A stretch of 64,000 bases of DNA from Okamejei kenojei (taxonomy: Eukaryota). The notes under the pieces were generated by a model. It saw only the letters and a program-made list of their open reading frames with translations. It made no database searches and had not been told where the DNA came from. A program made the translations under genes and the position numbers. The stretch covers positions 18,352,001 to 18,416,000 of the forward strand of contig CM069162.1 of NCBI GenBank assembly GCA_035221665.1, written 5' to 3'. Of the stretch, positions 25,191 through 37,875 are shown in pieces (within the stretch, counting starts at the first letter, position 1; each line of letters opens with the position of its first letter).

Positions 25191-27874
25191 CTTGAAATAG
25201 TCTGAACCGACCTTCTCTTGTGCAATTGTTTATTAACTAATACACAGTGCTGAATCCATACTTCTAAGGATTCTAGTGGCCTTGATAACATAAAAATGAG
25301 AAAGTGGGGTATTCTAAATGATCTTAAAAATCATGCCCGCCCTGGTCTGCTCTGCTAGTGTAGACCAGAATGTAAAATGTAATGGCAATTCCATAACAGC
25401 CAATTCCATCCTGTCCAGCCACAGCGTTTGTTGTGTCTGATATTAGAGTCATGACTAAGGATGTAGCTGGAACCCCTTGGTGAAATAATGTTTACACATT
25501 TACAATAACCAACTGCATAATCTTGTGATGCGAGTACTTGTATCAAGATCTTTTTAGCAACTTGATATCTGGGTTGGACCCGACAATGTAGTTCCCTTAT
25601 GTTACAGCTGTAATTTCTCTATAACTGAACTATTGTCAATATCACTTAAAATGAACTGGAAATGTCAGTAATTTGTATCGTATCAAATGTATCATTAATA
25701 TTTAACAAACATTTCTGATCCCCTTAATAGAGATGTACTGCTTTTTTGGATGCTATCCATGCACACTGCAGTGAACACCCTCATGGCTAAATGTGACATC
25801 CTGAGGCATAAGTCAATCCATTGAAAATGTGTAGTCAATAATCGTTTTACTGTGCAAAGACCAGTCCCCTGAACCACAGTTTAAAACAGCAAGTTCTTGC
25901 TTTTTGGCATAACTATATGCAGTTGTGCCATAATGCCTGATGAAGCAGGCAACATGGATGCTTGGCCAATCCGATAGTACAAATCCAAACGAGATGTTGC
26001 TGACTGTTTTAAGACCCAGTTAATGAGGAAGATATAGTCCATTCCTCCTATTGAAGCGAGAATGTATTTCTCCACACTGTTGTGTCACATATTTTTGCAA
26101 ACAGTGAAACATGCATAAACATGACGAACATTTAATGAAGTAATGAATCATGCTTTCATCATACTTTGAGATCCAACACTTATTCTGTGTTATTATCAAT
26201 CTAAACTGGACGATACACCAGTGGCAAGGAGATTAATTACAGGATATTCTTCCTAATTACCATGAGACTAACATATGTCACCGTTGTAGAGTAGCAACTT
26301 AAATTTGTGCATGAAGAATATGTATATTCACTCAAAACTTTACTCAACAGTGCATTTAGTGTATATATTTAGTTGATACTAACAACTGAAGAATTTGTAA
26401 CTCATGCAATCTCCACTACCTGTGAGTAGGTGATGGTATTTGGAACTTCTCAACTTAGAGTTCTAAACATCAGTTCATAATAACTGAATTCAACCGACCA
26501 CACTACTGTAGCGAGTTTCAAGTTCAAGTTCAATGAGTTATTGTCATGTTCAGCAAAGCTGAATACTGTTACTTCATCATTGTGGCTGAAGTAGCCTCAG
26601 CTGACAATAGCACAAGGTTGTTAGCACCGATCTAATTGCTACTTACACAATATCAGGTCCTTGATTAGCTCAGCTGCAACCCAGCTGCTATATTGCCTAT
26701 TACTCTTAATGAAAATAACTCAGTTTTGTAACAGATTGCTATAACCCCAATCTCTTGCCACAAGGCAAATAATAATTAAAGGTAAATCCCAATGACCAAC
26801 AAACAGTTTATCCCATACTGCAAAGCTTTACTGTTATAGTACAGTTATATTGTCTTTGATAACCTTTGTAATGGGATTTGTATAACATATATCTCTTACC
26901 TTATGAATCTGTTGGTCAGGAATAAGTTTTTACATTCGGAAAATTCATATGTCCGATACTCTCCATTCTTTATAATATCATGCCAATCCTGCCTTATTGC
27001 ATGGGTGGTTTGCATGAGAACTTCTGCCCAATTTCCAAACCTTGGCCATAATCCAAACCAAATATTTTTACCCTTTGTGTGTTGTACAAACAAATGTAAA
27101 TATTACAACTTGTGAACGGTGCACTACCCAAATTATGGAAGTGCTAGACCCATTTAGTTGAGCAAGATTGGAAGGTGCATGGAATTTCTGAGCTATCATG
27201 CTGCCCCCAGCTCCAGTGAACCGCTACTGCCGATGAGCACCTGGGGTGCGTTCTGAACGATGACTTTTGCCTGTTGTTGGCCGAATTAATTCATCTGCCA
27301 GGCTTCTTCCCCTGTAGAATAGACCTACCTGAATAACCGATTCAGCGGCTGGCTCTCACATCCCCCTGTTGGTGTTGTTCACTGCCGGCACATATGTGCT
27401 TGAGTCTGTTCTATTGACATCTTTAGAGCCCGGAGTCATCTTGACCTTTTGCTCTTCCCTCCTCAGAGAGGGTGATTCGTAGGCAACTCTAACAGGCGCT
27501 GCCGCAGGCCGTAGGATACAATACTGATACGAACCCATTGGCCTTAACCCAATAGAATATTTTACTGGGATGGCAACTTTATTGTCAGGAAAGGTACCTC
27601 TGACACGTGCCCTTCATCCCTTTGGGTATGCCCCATGGCCATACATCTGCCTGAGACTGAGTGTCAGCAGGATACTGACACATCTTGGGCTCTGCCTCCG
27701 AGAGGGAGACCTTTGCAGCACTGTATGCAGCAGCTGTATTTAGGATAGTCGTTTCAACGCACTATCCAGCCCCGGTGAGGAATTCATCCCCCGACTCCGT
27801 GGGCCTTGCTCTCTAGCCCCGGTGGAGAATCATCTCCCGACTCCGTGGGCGAGCAGATATGTGTGAATTAGAGC

Positions 27875-28225
27875 AACACTGTCCCAGGCGTTGCTGGCGC
27901 CGCCTTTCATAAAGGCCGGCGCTTTTTGACATGAACAGCCCTGCATCAGGCACTGTTGGCACGGCTCTCCCATAGGCCGGCACTTCACACATGAAGCAGC
28001 CCTGTCAGGCGCTGCAGGCACGGCTCTCCCATAGGCCGGTAATGCCACAAATGAAACAGCCCTGTATCAGGTGCTGCTGGCACGGCTCTCCCGTAGGCCG
28101 GCACTTTCATATATGAAGTAGCGCTGTCAGGCGCAGTTGGCGCAGCCTGTCCCATAGGCCCGTAGATTTTCCACATGAAGCAGCCCTGTCAGGCGCTTCT
28201 GGCGCAGCTTGTCCCATAGGCCCGC
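27875..28225. repeat. ~60-bp minisatellite (about 6 units) inside the DIRS 5' region
   Basis: Unit ..ATGAAGCAGCCCTGTCAGGCGCTGCTGGCACGGCTCTCCCATAGGCCGG..; TAGGCC anchors near 27974, 28032, 28094, 28155, 28217. Confidence 0.9.
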
Positions 28226-29514
28226 GCTATTGCTGTGTAAGCTCACTAAATCAACATTTAGTGTACAGCTTTACCTGTGAAGGGTAAAAATAAATCATAG
28301 CAACCTGTGCTTAAACAATTATAACATTGTCAGAACATATAACAATAACTTTTTACTTTGCCTTTAGCTTTTACTTAAAGAAAAAACACTATAAAATACA
28401 TACTTTTTATTATAAGGAGAAACACTTTATAGCCCGACTCACCTGAGTCCAAATAGGGCTGAATGATTCCCAGTAATTTCTTGGCTGGGGACCAACGTCT
28501 GTGAGCCACTGACCTCACTGTCGGTGGCTCCAGCGTTGCTTCCTTGCCATTCCAACGGCATCCCACAGGCTGGGAGCCGCTGAACCCCTCCCCCCCCCTC
28601 CTGTCAGCGACTCTGCTTAAATTCCTTGCCGTTTTTTATGGCATCTCTGCAGGCTGGGGAGCCGCTAACTTCACTGTTAGTGGCTCCTTATCTCGCAACC
28701 CGATCAATTTTGCCGGTTTATCCGCATTTGCGGTCAGACTGGAATTTCCCCACAGTCCATAACCGGCAACTTGTCGGGCTGCGAAACTGGCAGGAGAAAC
28801 CTCTGTAAAAAGAGGCTCCTGCCTAAAAACCCCTGGTAAGTAAAAAACCAAACATACCTTTTAAGTTTAACTTACCACCGGCAGGAGCTCTGTCCTGCCA
28901 GACTGGTGCTTGCGCAGGATAACAGCCAACAGCTCATGCGGCCTGGCGGGCCTTCTTCACGGAATCACTCACGTGACTCCGAAGTAACGTTTCTTGCCCA
29001 TTTGCCCTCATCAACATCACTGCCCCACACACTAACCTTTGCACACAAATACTTGCAACTGCCTAATTCCAAATGTTGAAAATGCCGTCCACATTGTGAG
29101 AGGTATTTCCAGATTTATTTTTTTTAAGTTTTCCTTAAAAACAGAACAATGATTCCTAATTATTTTCGAGATGGTTCCCAATGAAATTTCAAATCAGGTA
29201 TAAAACAAAAAATCCCCCCTTCAACAGCAATATAATGCAATAAAAGTAAAACTTGGTATTTGCTGAGATTTGTGATTAGTTGATTATTGCTGTGATATTG
29301 ATCAGTTTGTGCACAAAATTATTATAGATATTTATTTAGAGTGAAACGCCCACTTACAGGTTTTACTTGGACAAATGTATGTATTGATTTTATTTTAATC
29401 ACACTACATATTCCAACATTTACAATCAAATCATTGACTTATGCCCAAATATTAGAACAGATCAGTACAGGAACAGACCCTTCAGCCAAAATGTTCATGC
29501 CGAACATAATGCCA

Positions 29515-30000
29515 GATGGATACAAAATGCTGGAGTAACTCAGCGGGATGGGCAACATCCCTGGGGTGAAGGAATATGTGACATTATGGGTCGAGACCCT
29601 TCTTCAGACTAGAGTCAGGGGAAAGGGAAACAAGGGGTATAGATGATGCAGAGAGATATAATGAATGAAAAGATACAAATGAGTGAAGGTATTACAAAAA
29701 AGTAAGTGATAACGGAAACAGGCCATTGTTAACTGTTTGCGAGGGGAGAACGAAAAGCTGGTGCAATTTGGGTGGGGGGGGCGACATGGAGAGAGGGCTA
29801 CATGCAGGGGCTACTTGAAGTTAGAGAAATCAAAAATCATACCACTGGGTTGTAAGCTGCCCAAGCGAAATACGAGATGCTCTTCCAATTTGCGTTTAGC
29901 CTCACTCTGACAATGGAGAAGGCCTGGGACAGAACGGTCAGTGTGGCAATGGGAAGGAGAATTATAGTGTTTGGCAACCGGGAGATCAAGTAGGTCCAGG
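29515..30000 (-). mobile_element. Penelope-like element 3' part (GIY-YIG endonuclease C-terminus plus pLTR)
   Basis: LPVAKHYNSPSHCHTD..RKLEEHLVFRLGSLQPSGMIFDF followed by the hammerhead-like pLTR. Confidence 0.85.
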
Positions 30001-30913
30001 CCTCTTCTGCTTCCATGTGATCCGTATCCCTCCATATCCATGTGCCTATCTAAGAGGCTGTAAAATACCCCTAATGTATCTGCCTAAACCAGCACCTCTG
30101 ACACCATATTCCAAGCACCCACCTCTGTGTAAAGAAAACTTGACCCGCATATCTCCTTTAAACTTTGCACCTTCCATCTTAAATCTATGCCGTCTATTCT
30201 TTGGTATTTCCACCCTGGGAAAAGCTTTCTGCCTGTCTACCCATCTTTGCCATTAGTAACACTATTTTTTTTTTTTGAGAAGAAGCATAATCTGTTCCAC
30301 TAGTTACACATTTTTGCAGCATATCATAGATTTGCACATGTACTACAATATGCCCGTGCAAATCGACAACACAATATGGAAGCAGCACAGGCTAAAGGTC
30401 AGAATGCAGGGCTGACATGGACCGGCAAGGGAACAGGGGATGAAGTAAACTGTTGTATCCCCACGTGGCGAGTTTTTGGACCACTGCTATTTCCAATCCA
30501 TCCAAATAACGTGGACATCATTTTAATATTTGCACAACACACAATATGTGCATAACACGCAAGATTTGGAAACAATTACGTGAATGTACCAAGACTGCAG
30601 AAGAGTGGTGACACACTGGTGATGTGAGCCATGTAATTTTGAATGGAGACATGCAAAAGGTAACTCGCATGAGAAGGAACCAAGAAGAGAAACACCACAA
30701 ATTAAACAGCATCAACCTGTAGCGGTGTGGAAGGAATAGGTAGTGGTCAGTGATCTGCTTACATATGATAGGATGACTGGTAATGTTAACAGGATTAACA
30801 AAGAGAGCCTACAGCAAGAAACCTTGCATTGAGGACGGTACAGAAGCTTGGAAATGAAGCTAGACTTTTATTGCACGCAGGCTAGACCGCTCCTACAATG
30901 TTGTTTCAATCAA

Positions 30914-31217
30914 GGCCCTGTCCCACTTTCCCGAGCTACTCACGAACTCTCCCGAGTTTTCCCCTTGATTCGAACTTGGAGAACTACGGTAATAGCCGTT
31001 TGTAGGTACTCAGGGCTATTTTTTTAACTCGTGGACATTTTTCAACGTTGAAAAAACGCCCCGACTTACCTGATGCCCCGGGTCGGTATGAAATGCATTA
31101 CGAGCCGCTATGAAACATCTATTGACTCCTACAGGCTCGCTACCGACATTCCCCGAGTTCGAATCAAGGGGAAAACTCGGGAGAGTTTGTGAGTAACTCC
31201 GGAAAGTGGACAGGGCC
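30914..31217. mobile_element. Harbinger-like MITE
   Basis: ~70-bp TIR GGCCCTGTCCCACTTTCCCGAG..TTTTCCCCTTGATTCGAAC / GTTCGAATCAAGGGGAAAACTCGGGAGAG..GGAAAGTGGACAGGGCC. Confidence 0.85.
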
Positions 31218-31892
31218 TTTACACGGTAGATAATAAGGTCCTGCAAAACAAAAGGAAAAGGAAATTTGACAGAATGGTACCAAGGATAAAAAGGACTTCA
31301 GTAATGCAGAGCAATTAGAGAACTTGGTGCTGCTCTCATTAGAACAGAAGGTGAAAGGGTGATTGCATAGGCAGTGTGTTCAAATTCATGAAGTGTTTTG
31401 ATTTTAATTGAGCAAGAGAAATTGTTTCAGAAGCCAAAGTGTTAGAAATCTGGGAGAAGGCTTTAATAATCTCAGTAATCGCCAATAAATGAGCAAAGCT
31501 TCAGTTCTCATTTGGAAAAGGGATATATCTTCGATGAGCACTGGGCACCAGCCTGGAAAGTTATTTTTTAAAAAGCAGAAAGAGTTGTTCGTTTAAAACT
31601 TGGAAGAAAGAAGGATTGTTAAATAAATTAAATAAACCACCCTTTGTGTGAAAAAGTTACCACTCAGATTCCTATTAAATCTTTCCCCCCTCACCTTAAG
31701 CCGATGCCCTCTGGAATAAAGCTCAGGATTCCAGATGTCGATGTGTGTTTTGTTTTCTTTTATTAACTGTCTTCTTAATAAAAGCAGAATGTCATTGCTT
31801 AAATATCGGGCCAGACGCCATGAGGAAATGGCAGAGTAGACTCAGTGGACCGAATGGCTGAATTCTGCTCCTATGACTTATGATCTTGTGTA

Positions 31893-32372
31893 CATAGAAA
31901 CATAGAAAATGGCCCTTTGAGCCTGCACCGCCATTCATTGTGATCATGGATAATCAGAAACCCGTGCCTGCCTTCTCCCCATATCCCTTGATTCCGCTAG
32001 CCCCTAGAGCTCTCTCTTGCTCTCCTTTAAATCCATCCAGTGAATTGGCCTCCACTGCCCTCTGTGGCAGGGAATTCCACAAATTCACAACTCTCTGGAT
32101 GAAAAAGTTTGTTCTCATCTCAGTTTTAAATGACCTCCCCTTTATTCTTAGACTGTGGCCCCTGGTTCTGGACTCCCCCAACATTGGGAACATTTTTCCT
32201 GCATCTAGCTTGTCCAGTCCTTTTATAATTTTATACGTTTCTATAAGATCCTCTCTTATCCTTCTAAATTCCAGTGAATACAAGCTCAGTCTTTCCAATC
32301 TTTCCTCATATGACAGTCCCGCCATCCCGGGGATTAACCTCGTGAACCTACGCTGCTCTGCCTCAATAGCAT
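31893..32372 (-). mobile_element. Well-preserved CR1/HER1 3' fragment
   Basis: QRRFTRLIPGMAGLSYEERL..TRGHSLRIKG..FFIQRVVNLWNSLP; (CTATGTTT) tail. Confidence 0.92.
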
Positions 32373-32744
32373 AAGTGGTAGAATATGGGAGAATTAAAAA
32401 CAAAAGGATCTCAGGATGAACAACAAATCTGGTGGGTAGGATGGGTGTTAAAAATGCTTGACGGTCAGCAGTGACAGTGGGCAGAGGGGGCTGTTTGCAA
32501 CAGCATCTCTCGATGACTCTAATACATGTGGAATGCACTAGCAGAGTGATAGTGGAGGCAAATTCCAGCAATATGTTCAGGAGGGAGGTGAGTGGCCTTC
32601 TGTGCAGTAACATTAAATGAGATTCCATTAAATCCAACAAAGATGGGAGAATCAAAATGTATAGGTTTAGGTTTACTATAGTGCCACATGTACTGAGGAC
32701 CGCTTTGCCCGCTAGCCAAACAGATCAGATATACTACATATAGT

Positions 32745-33135
32745 GATCATTTTCCAATGTTCTATAGACTCTGGATCAGTTCCTGTGGACTGGAGGGTGG
32801 CTAAATGTAACTCCATTTTTTAAGAAAGGATGGAGAGAGAAAATGGGGAATTATAGACCAGTTAGCCTTACATCGATAGTGGGGAAGATGCTCGAGTCAA
32901 TTATTAAAGATGTAATAGCAGCGCATTTGGAAAGCAGTGACGGGATCAGTCAAAGTCAGCATGGATTTTTTTTTAAATAGAAGTAGAATTCTCTGCCAAA
33001 GAAGACAGTGGAAGCCAATTCACTGGATGTTTTCAAGAGAAAGTTAGATATAGCTCGTAGGGCTAATGGAATCAAGGGATGTGGGGAGAAAGCGGGAACG
33101 GGGTACCTAATTCTGCTCCTTCACTTATGACCAAT
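32745..33135 (+). mobile_element. CR1 fragments (RT N-terminal part joined to 3' end)
   Basis: VPVDWRVA, FKKG, NYRPVSLTS, SQHGF codons followed by tail sequence. Confidence 0.85.
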
Positions 33136-33850
33136 AACAAGAGGGTAAAAGATGCTGGAAAAACTCCAGTCAAGTAGGATCTGTGAAAAGAGAAACAGTC
33201 AATATTTCAGGTCTACAACCTTTCTTCAGAACCGAGATCCAAAATGAGTGTAATTTTTCTTTCCACCGACATGGCCTGATCAGATGAATTTTTCTAGCAT
33301 CTCCTATTTATTTCAGATTTCCAACATCCGCAGGGTTTTTTCTCTGCAGGATAAAATATGTTCACTACCCGGTCTGATGGAAATGCACACCTCATTCGCT
33401 TTGCCGGGAAGACAAGGAAGACGTGATCGAAAACGATTCTTACTTTTTTATTAAAAGACACAAAAAAAACAATTTCTGTAAGCCGTGTGCTGGCTCTCAC
33501 CCAACCAGCAGACAAGCAACGACTGGCCAATGTCATTAACTTTTAAATAAGTGAAGGGACTGCGGCCAATTATAAGGAAGCTGCCTGTGCCAAGAAAGCT
33601 TGGAGAAACGACAAAATACATCAAGAAATAACTAAGTAGAGTTAAAAATTAGTGAATGTTCTTTCAAACATCCATTGAACCCAGTAAAAAAAGATTTTGT
33701 TCAGTAGCTGCATCAATGCTTATTCCAGAATTAATGAGCTAACCTGAACATTGTTCTGTGATAATATATTTCCTTCACCTTTTCACAGATGCATTCTTTG
33801 AGTATTCCTTTACTCTTGTCAAACTTTGCAAATGAGCAAAGTTCTTTCGA

Positions 33851-34171
33851 GGGCGGCATGGTCGCACAGCAGTAGAGTTGCTGCCTTATGGTGCCAGCGA
33901 CCCAGGATCGATCCTGACTACGGGTGCTTGTCTGTACGGAGTTTGTATTTTCTCCCCATGATCTGCGTGGGTTTTTCGCTGGGATCTCTGGTTTCCCTCC
34001 CACACTCCAAAGACCTGCAGGTTTGTAGGTCAATTGACTTAGTATAAACCTAGTATAAGACAATTGTTAATTGTCCCTAGTGTGTGTAGGATAGTGTTAA
34101 TGTGTGGGGATCACTGGTCGGCACGGACTCAGTGGGCCGAAGGGCCTGTTTCCTCACTGTATCTCTAAACT
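33851..34171 (+). mobile_element. HE1/V-SINE, full length
   Basis: Colinear with the 3888-4200 copy. Confidence 0.9.
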
Positions 34172-34604
34172 ACATTTGTGATCATTTATTGCAAGGGGTG
34201 TGGGAATATTACAATGGTGGACTTGCTACAATGGTTGATGAAGAAACACCTGGAAAACCACACACAGTTTTGATGCCCTCATTTAAAAGAAGGTTTTTGC
34301 AGGGTCATTTAGTTGATCACCTAAAATGAAGGGGTTGGCCTACTGAGGATGATGGAGCAGGTTGTATCTGCAGTCACTGGTCCTCAGGTCTGATATGATG
34401 TACGAGAAAAGATTCGATTGAAATTCAACACTTGACGGATCTTGACAGGATAGATGCCACGCCAATGTTATCACTTGCGGGGAAAATTCAAAGCAAGGAA
34501 GTCGGAGCTTCGTGATAAGGGGTCTCTCATTTAAGATCCAAAGGAGGGAGTATTTATTTTCCTTGAGGGGCAGCAATCATTGGAATTGTCTACCAAAGAG
34601 AAGG

Positions 34605-34933
34605 AACAAAGAGAAGAAGCTCCCCACAGATTGTGAGGAGGGAGAGGAAGAACAAAGGAGGACCCGGTGTGGGAGATCCGCCGTGAGAGGGGAGGGATGG
34701 AGAATAATGGACCCGGCGTGGGGAATCCACCGTGAGAGGGGGAGGGGGTGGAGAACAAAGGAGGACAGCGCGGAAGAGGAGGCCTGGAGGGGGAGGGAGG
34801 AGGGTGGGAGAGCAAAGGAGGACTTGACGCGGGGTATTTGTAACTTTGGCAGCACCCTTTACGTGGCAACTATTTGTATACCTTGGGTATGCAAGCAAGG
34901 AATGTCGCTGACAATAAAGTATTCAATTCAATA
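34605..34933 (+). mobile_element. Purine-rich noncoding retro-insert with Rex-type tail inside an old CR1 fragment
   Basis: Two ~49-bp GACCCGG.GTGGG..TCC.CCGTGAGAGGGGGAGGG repeats; ends TGACAATAAAG + (ATTCA)n; CR1 sequence on both sides. Confidence 0.55.
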
Positions 34934-35224
34934 ATTGACAATATTTAAGACCAAAATAGACTTTGTAACTGAAGGAGAACCGATGGCTATGGGAGACATG
35001 CAAGATTAAATTATTATAAACGGCAGAGTCGAGGGAGTGAGCTCAAAGGGCCATAAGGCCAAACTCCAGCTCCTATTTCTTTGTGTTCTTCTAAAACATT
35101 CCATATTCAAATAAAATTATTTTACATGAGGGAACAGTTGCATCTACTCATTTTATTCTTGTGGTATTGGTCCCAAATCATCCATTTGCTTGCCAGTGTA
35201 AATAATATTAAATAATTATTTATT

Positions 35225-35770
35225 TTAACTAACGTGATCCCAATACCAGTCACATCTCCCCATCTCCACCCCTTTCCACCTTCAGTGGAGACTGCTCTCT
35301 CCGTAACTCCTTGGTTCATTCATCCCGTCCCACCCAAATCACTGTTCCCCAGGTACTTTCCCCTGCAACCACAGGAGATGCAACACCTGTCCTTATGCCT
35401 TCCCACTTGCCTCCATCCATGGACCCCAGCAGTCCTTCCAGGTGAGACTGAGGTTCACATGCATGTCCTCCAACCTCATCTACTGCATCTGGTGTTCTCA
35501 GAGTGGCCTCCTGTATTCAGGTGAGACCAAGCGTAGACTCGGCAACCGTTTCGTTGAACACTTGCATGCAGCCCACCAAGGCCGAACGGATCGCCAAATT
35601 GCTAACCATTTTAACTCCTCTTCCTATTCCGATACTGACTCTCTATCCAGGGCCTTCTCCATTGTCAGTGTGAGGCCACACGCAAACTGGGGGGAACAGT
35701 GTCTCATATTCTGCCTCGGCAGCTTCCAAACAAATGGTACGAACATTGAAATCTCCAGTTTTGGGTGAAC
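35225..35770 (+). mobile_element. Penelope-like GIY-YIG endonuclease remnant
   Basis: FTCMSSNLIYCIWCSQSGLLYSGETKRRLGNRFVEHL..IANHFNS. Confidence 0.9.
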
Positions 35771-36469
35771 TCTAACAACAACAACAAACCCCCCCCCCCC
35801 CTTAGTGTTGTATTAAAATTATCAGTATTTTGAACTAGCAGCAACCATCAATGTGGTCCTTGGTTAGAGCTCTACTTTGGGCTGCCAGTGAAATGGTGGA
35901 CTATTCAAGGAATGACTGCCGGGGGCTGTAATGGGGGCAGAATGTTGAGCTGCACAACAGCGAAAGGCAAAAGACAGCTGTTGGGGAAACGCAGAGTTTG
36001 ACCAGGGAGATATGGCCGCCTGCAATCTGGCGCAATATCTTGCAAGAACATCAGGTGCAGGGAAAGGGAAGAGCCTGCAAGTTATTGGAGGCTTTGAAGC
36101 AGAATAGTGGCACTGACCACGGAGGCAAATCAATGAACAGGATGAAAAAGGTTTCTTACTGAAAATAATTGTCACCATCTGTTATTTATAAGCCAATAAG
36201 AGAGGTAAAAAAAAAAAATCTCTGATGGAGCAGCATTAGCCAAAGGTTATGGGAGCACAGAAGGTGCAACTAATCTTTTTACAATGTAATTTATTCACTA
36301 ATGATATACAACAGAGTAAATCAAAGACAAATTATTATTCACATTCACCAGGATAAGGTCTGGCCACTGCTCTCAGAAATAATTTCTGTAAACCCGTACC
36401 CTCTTCCACTGCTGCTCTTGGTAGACCACAGAAGCAGAACCACTGGAGTAAGCAGATGGAGTGGGTCAT

Positions 36470-37222
36470 GGACAATAGGTGCAGGAGTAGGCCATTTGGC
36501 TCTTCGAGCCAGCACCGCCATTCAATGTGATCATGGCTGATCATCCCCAATCAGTACCCCATTCCTGCCTTCTCCCCATATCCCCTGACTCCGCTATTTT
36601 TAAGAGCCCTATCTAGCTCTCTCTTGAAAGCATCCAGAGAACCTGCCTCCACCGCTCTCTGAGGCAGAGAATTCCACAGACTCACAGCTCTCTGTGAGAA
36701 AAAGTGTTTCCTCATCTCTGTTCTAAACGGCTTACTCCTTATTCTTAAACTGTGGCCCCTGGTTCTGCATTTCCCCAACATCGGGAACGTGTTTCCTGCC
36801 TCTAGTGTGTCCAAGCCCTTAACAATCTTATATGTTTCAATGAGATCCCCTCTCATCCTTCTAAACTCTAGAGTGTACAAGCCCAGCTGCTCCACTCACT
36901 CAGCATATGACAGTCCCACCATCCCGGGAATTAACCTTGTAAACCTACGCTGCACTCCCTTAATAGCAAGAATGTCCTTCCTCAAATAGGGGACCAAAAC
37001 TGCACACAATACTCCAGATGGTGTCTCACTAGGGCTCTGTACAACTGTCAGAAGGACCTCTTTGCTCACATATTCAATTCCTCTTGTTATAAAGGCCAAC
37101 ATGCCATTCGCTTTCTTCACTGCCTGCTGTACCTGCATGCTTACTTTCATAGCCTGATGTACAAGGACCCCCAGATCCCGTTGTACTTCCCCTTTTCCCA
37201 ACTTGATGCCATTTAGATAGCA
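36470..37222 (-). mobile_element. CR1/HER1 3' fragment, low divergence
   Basis: QRDLGVLVH..KKANGMLAFITRG..RRMRGDLIETYKI..TRGHSLRI..WNSLPQ. Confidence 0.93.
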
Positions 37223-37554
37223 TGTTAAAGGAGCTATGGTAAGGGAGGCATGTCAGAGTTTAGGCCTTGGGAGCTCAAGCTTAAAGATGGCGCCCAACCC
37301 AAACGACTCTCTCTGTGTGCTCTTCACAGAAGTGGATCTACAATCACACTTGGTAATCACTCCACTCTTTTAAATCTATACTCCTACAGCAAGATTTCTT
37401 ACATTAATTACGCTATTTCCTTTGTCATGTATCTGTACATTGTGAATGGCTCGATTGTAATAGTGTATTATCTTTCGGCTTACAGGTTAGCACACAGCAA
37501 AAGCTTTTCACTGCTCCTCGGTGCACATGACATTAAACTAAACTAAACTGCGCT

Positions 37555-37875
37555 CAACGTTTAGTTTAGTGTAGAGATACATCGCGGAAATAGGCCCTTC
37601 GGCCCACCGAGTCCACACCGACCAGAGATCCTCGCACACTAACACTATCCTATACACACACTAGGAGGAATTTTACACGCATACCAAACCAATTAACCCA
37701 CAAACCTGTACGTCTTCGAAGTGAGGGAGGAAACTGATGATCACGGCGAAGACCCATGCGGCCACAGAGAGAACATACAAACTCTGTGCGGACATACGCG
37801 GGATCGAACGCAGGCCTCTGGCGCGGCAAGCGCTGTTAAGGCAGCAGCTCTACCACTGCGCCACCATGCCGCCCA
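37555..37875 (-). mobile_element. HE1/V-SINE
   Basis: Reverse complement of the full SINE; further minus copies at ~39220-39555, 45060-45156, 45973-46050, 48690-48987. Confidence 0.88.

Larger units (their letters stand above)
24438..28987 (-). mobile_element. DIRS-type tyrosine-recombinase retrotransposon, both ends present, coding region decayed
   Basis: Inverted termini (24511-24538 vs 28935-28961); ICR at 24660-24771 complementary to both ends; YR remnant near 3' end; methyltransferase-like remnant at ~25900-26070. Confidence 0.88.

Noticed and set aside
27875-28225. CRISPR-like periodic repeat
   Set aside because: Eukaryotic context, whole units are homologous with no unique spacers, no cas genes; it is a minisatellite inside DIRS
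31954-32655. 233-aa ORF as a host gene
   Set aside because: C-terminal part is CR1 ORF2; N-terminal part is the antisense reading of another CR1 tail fragment
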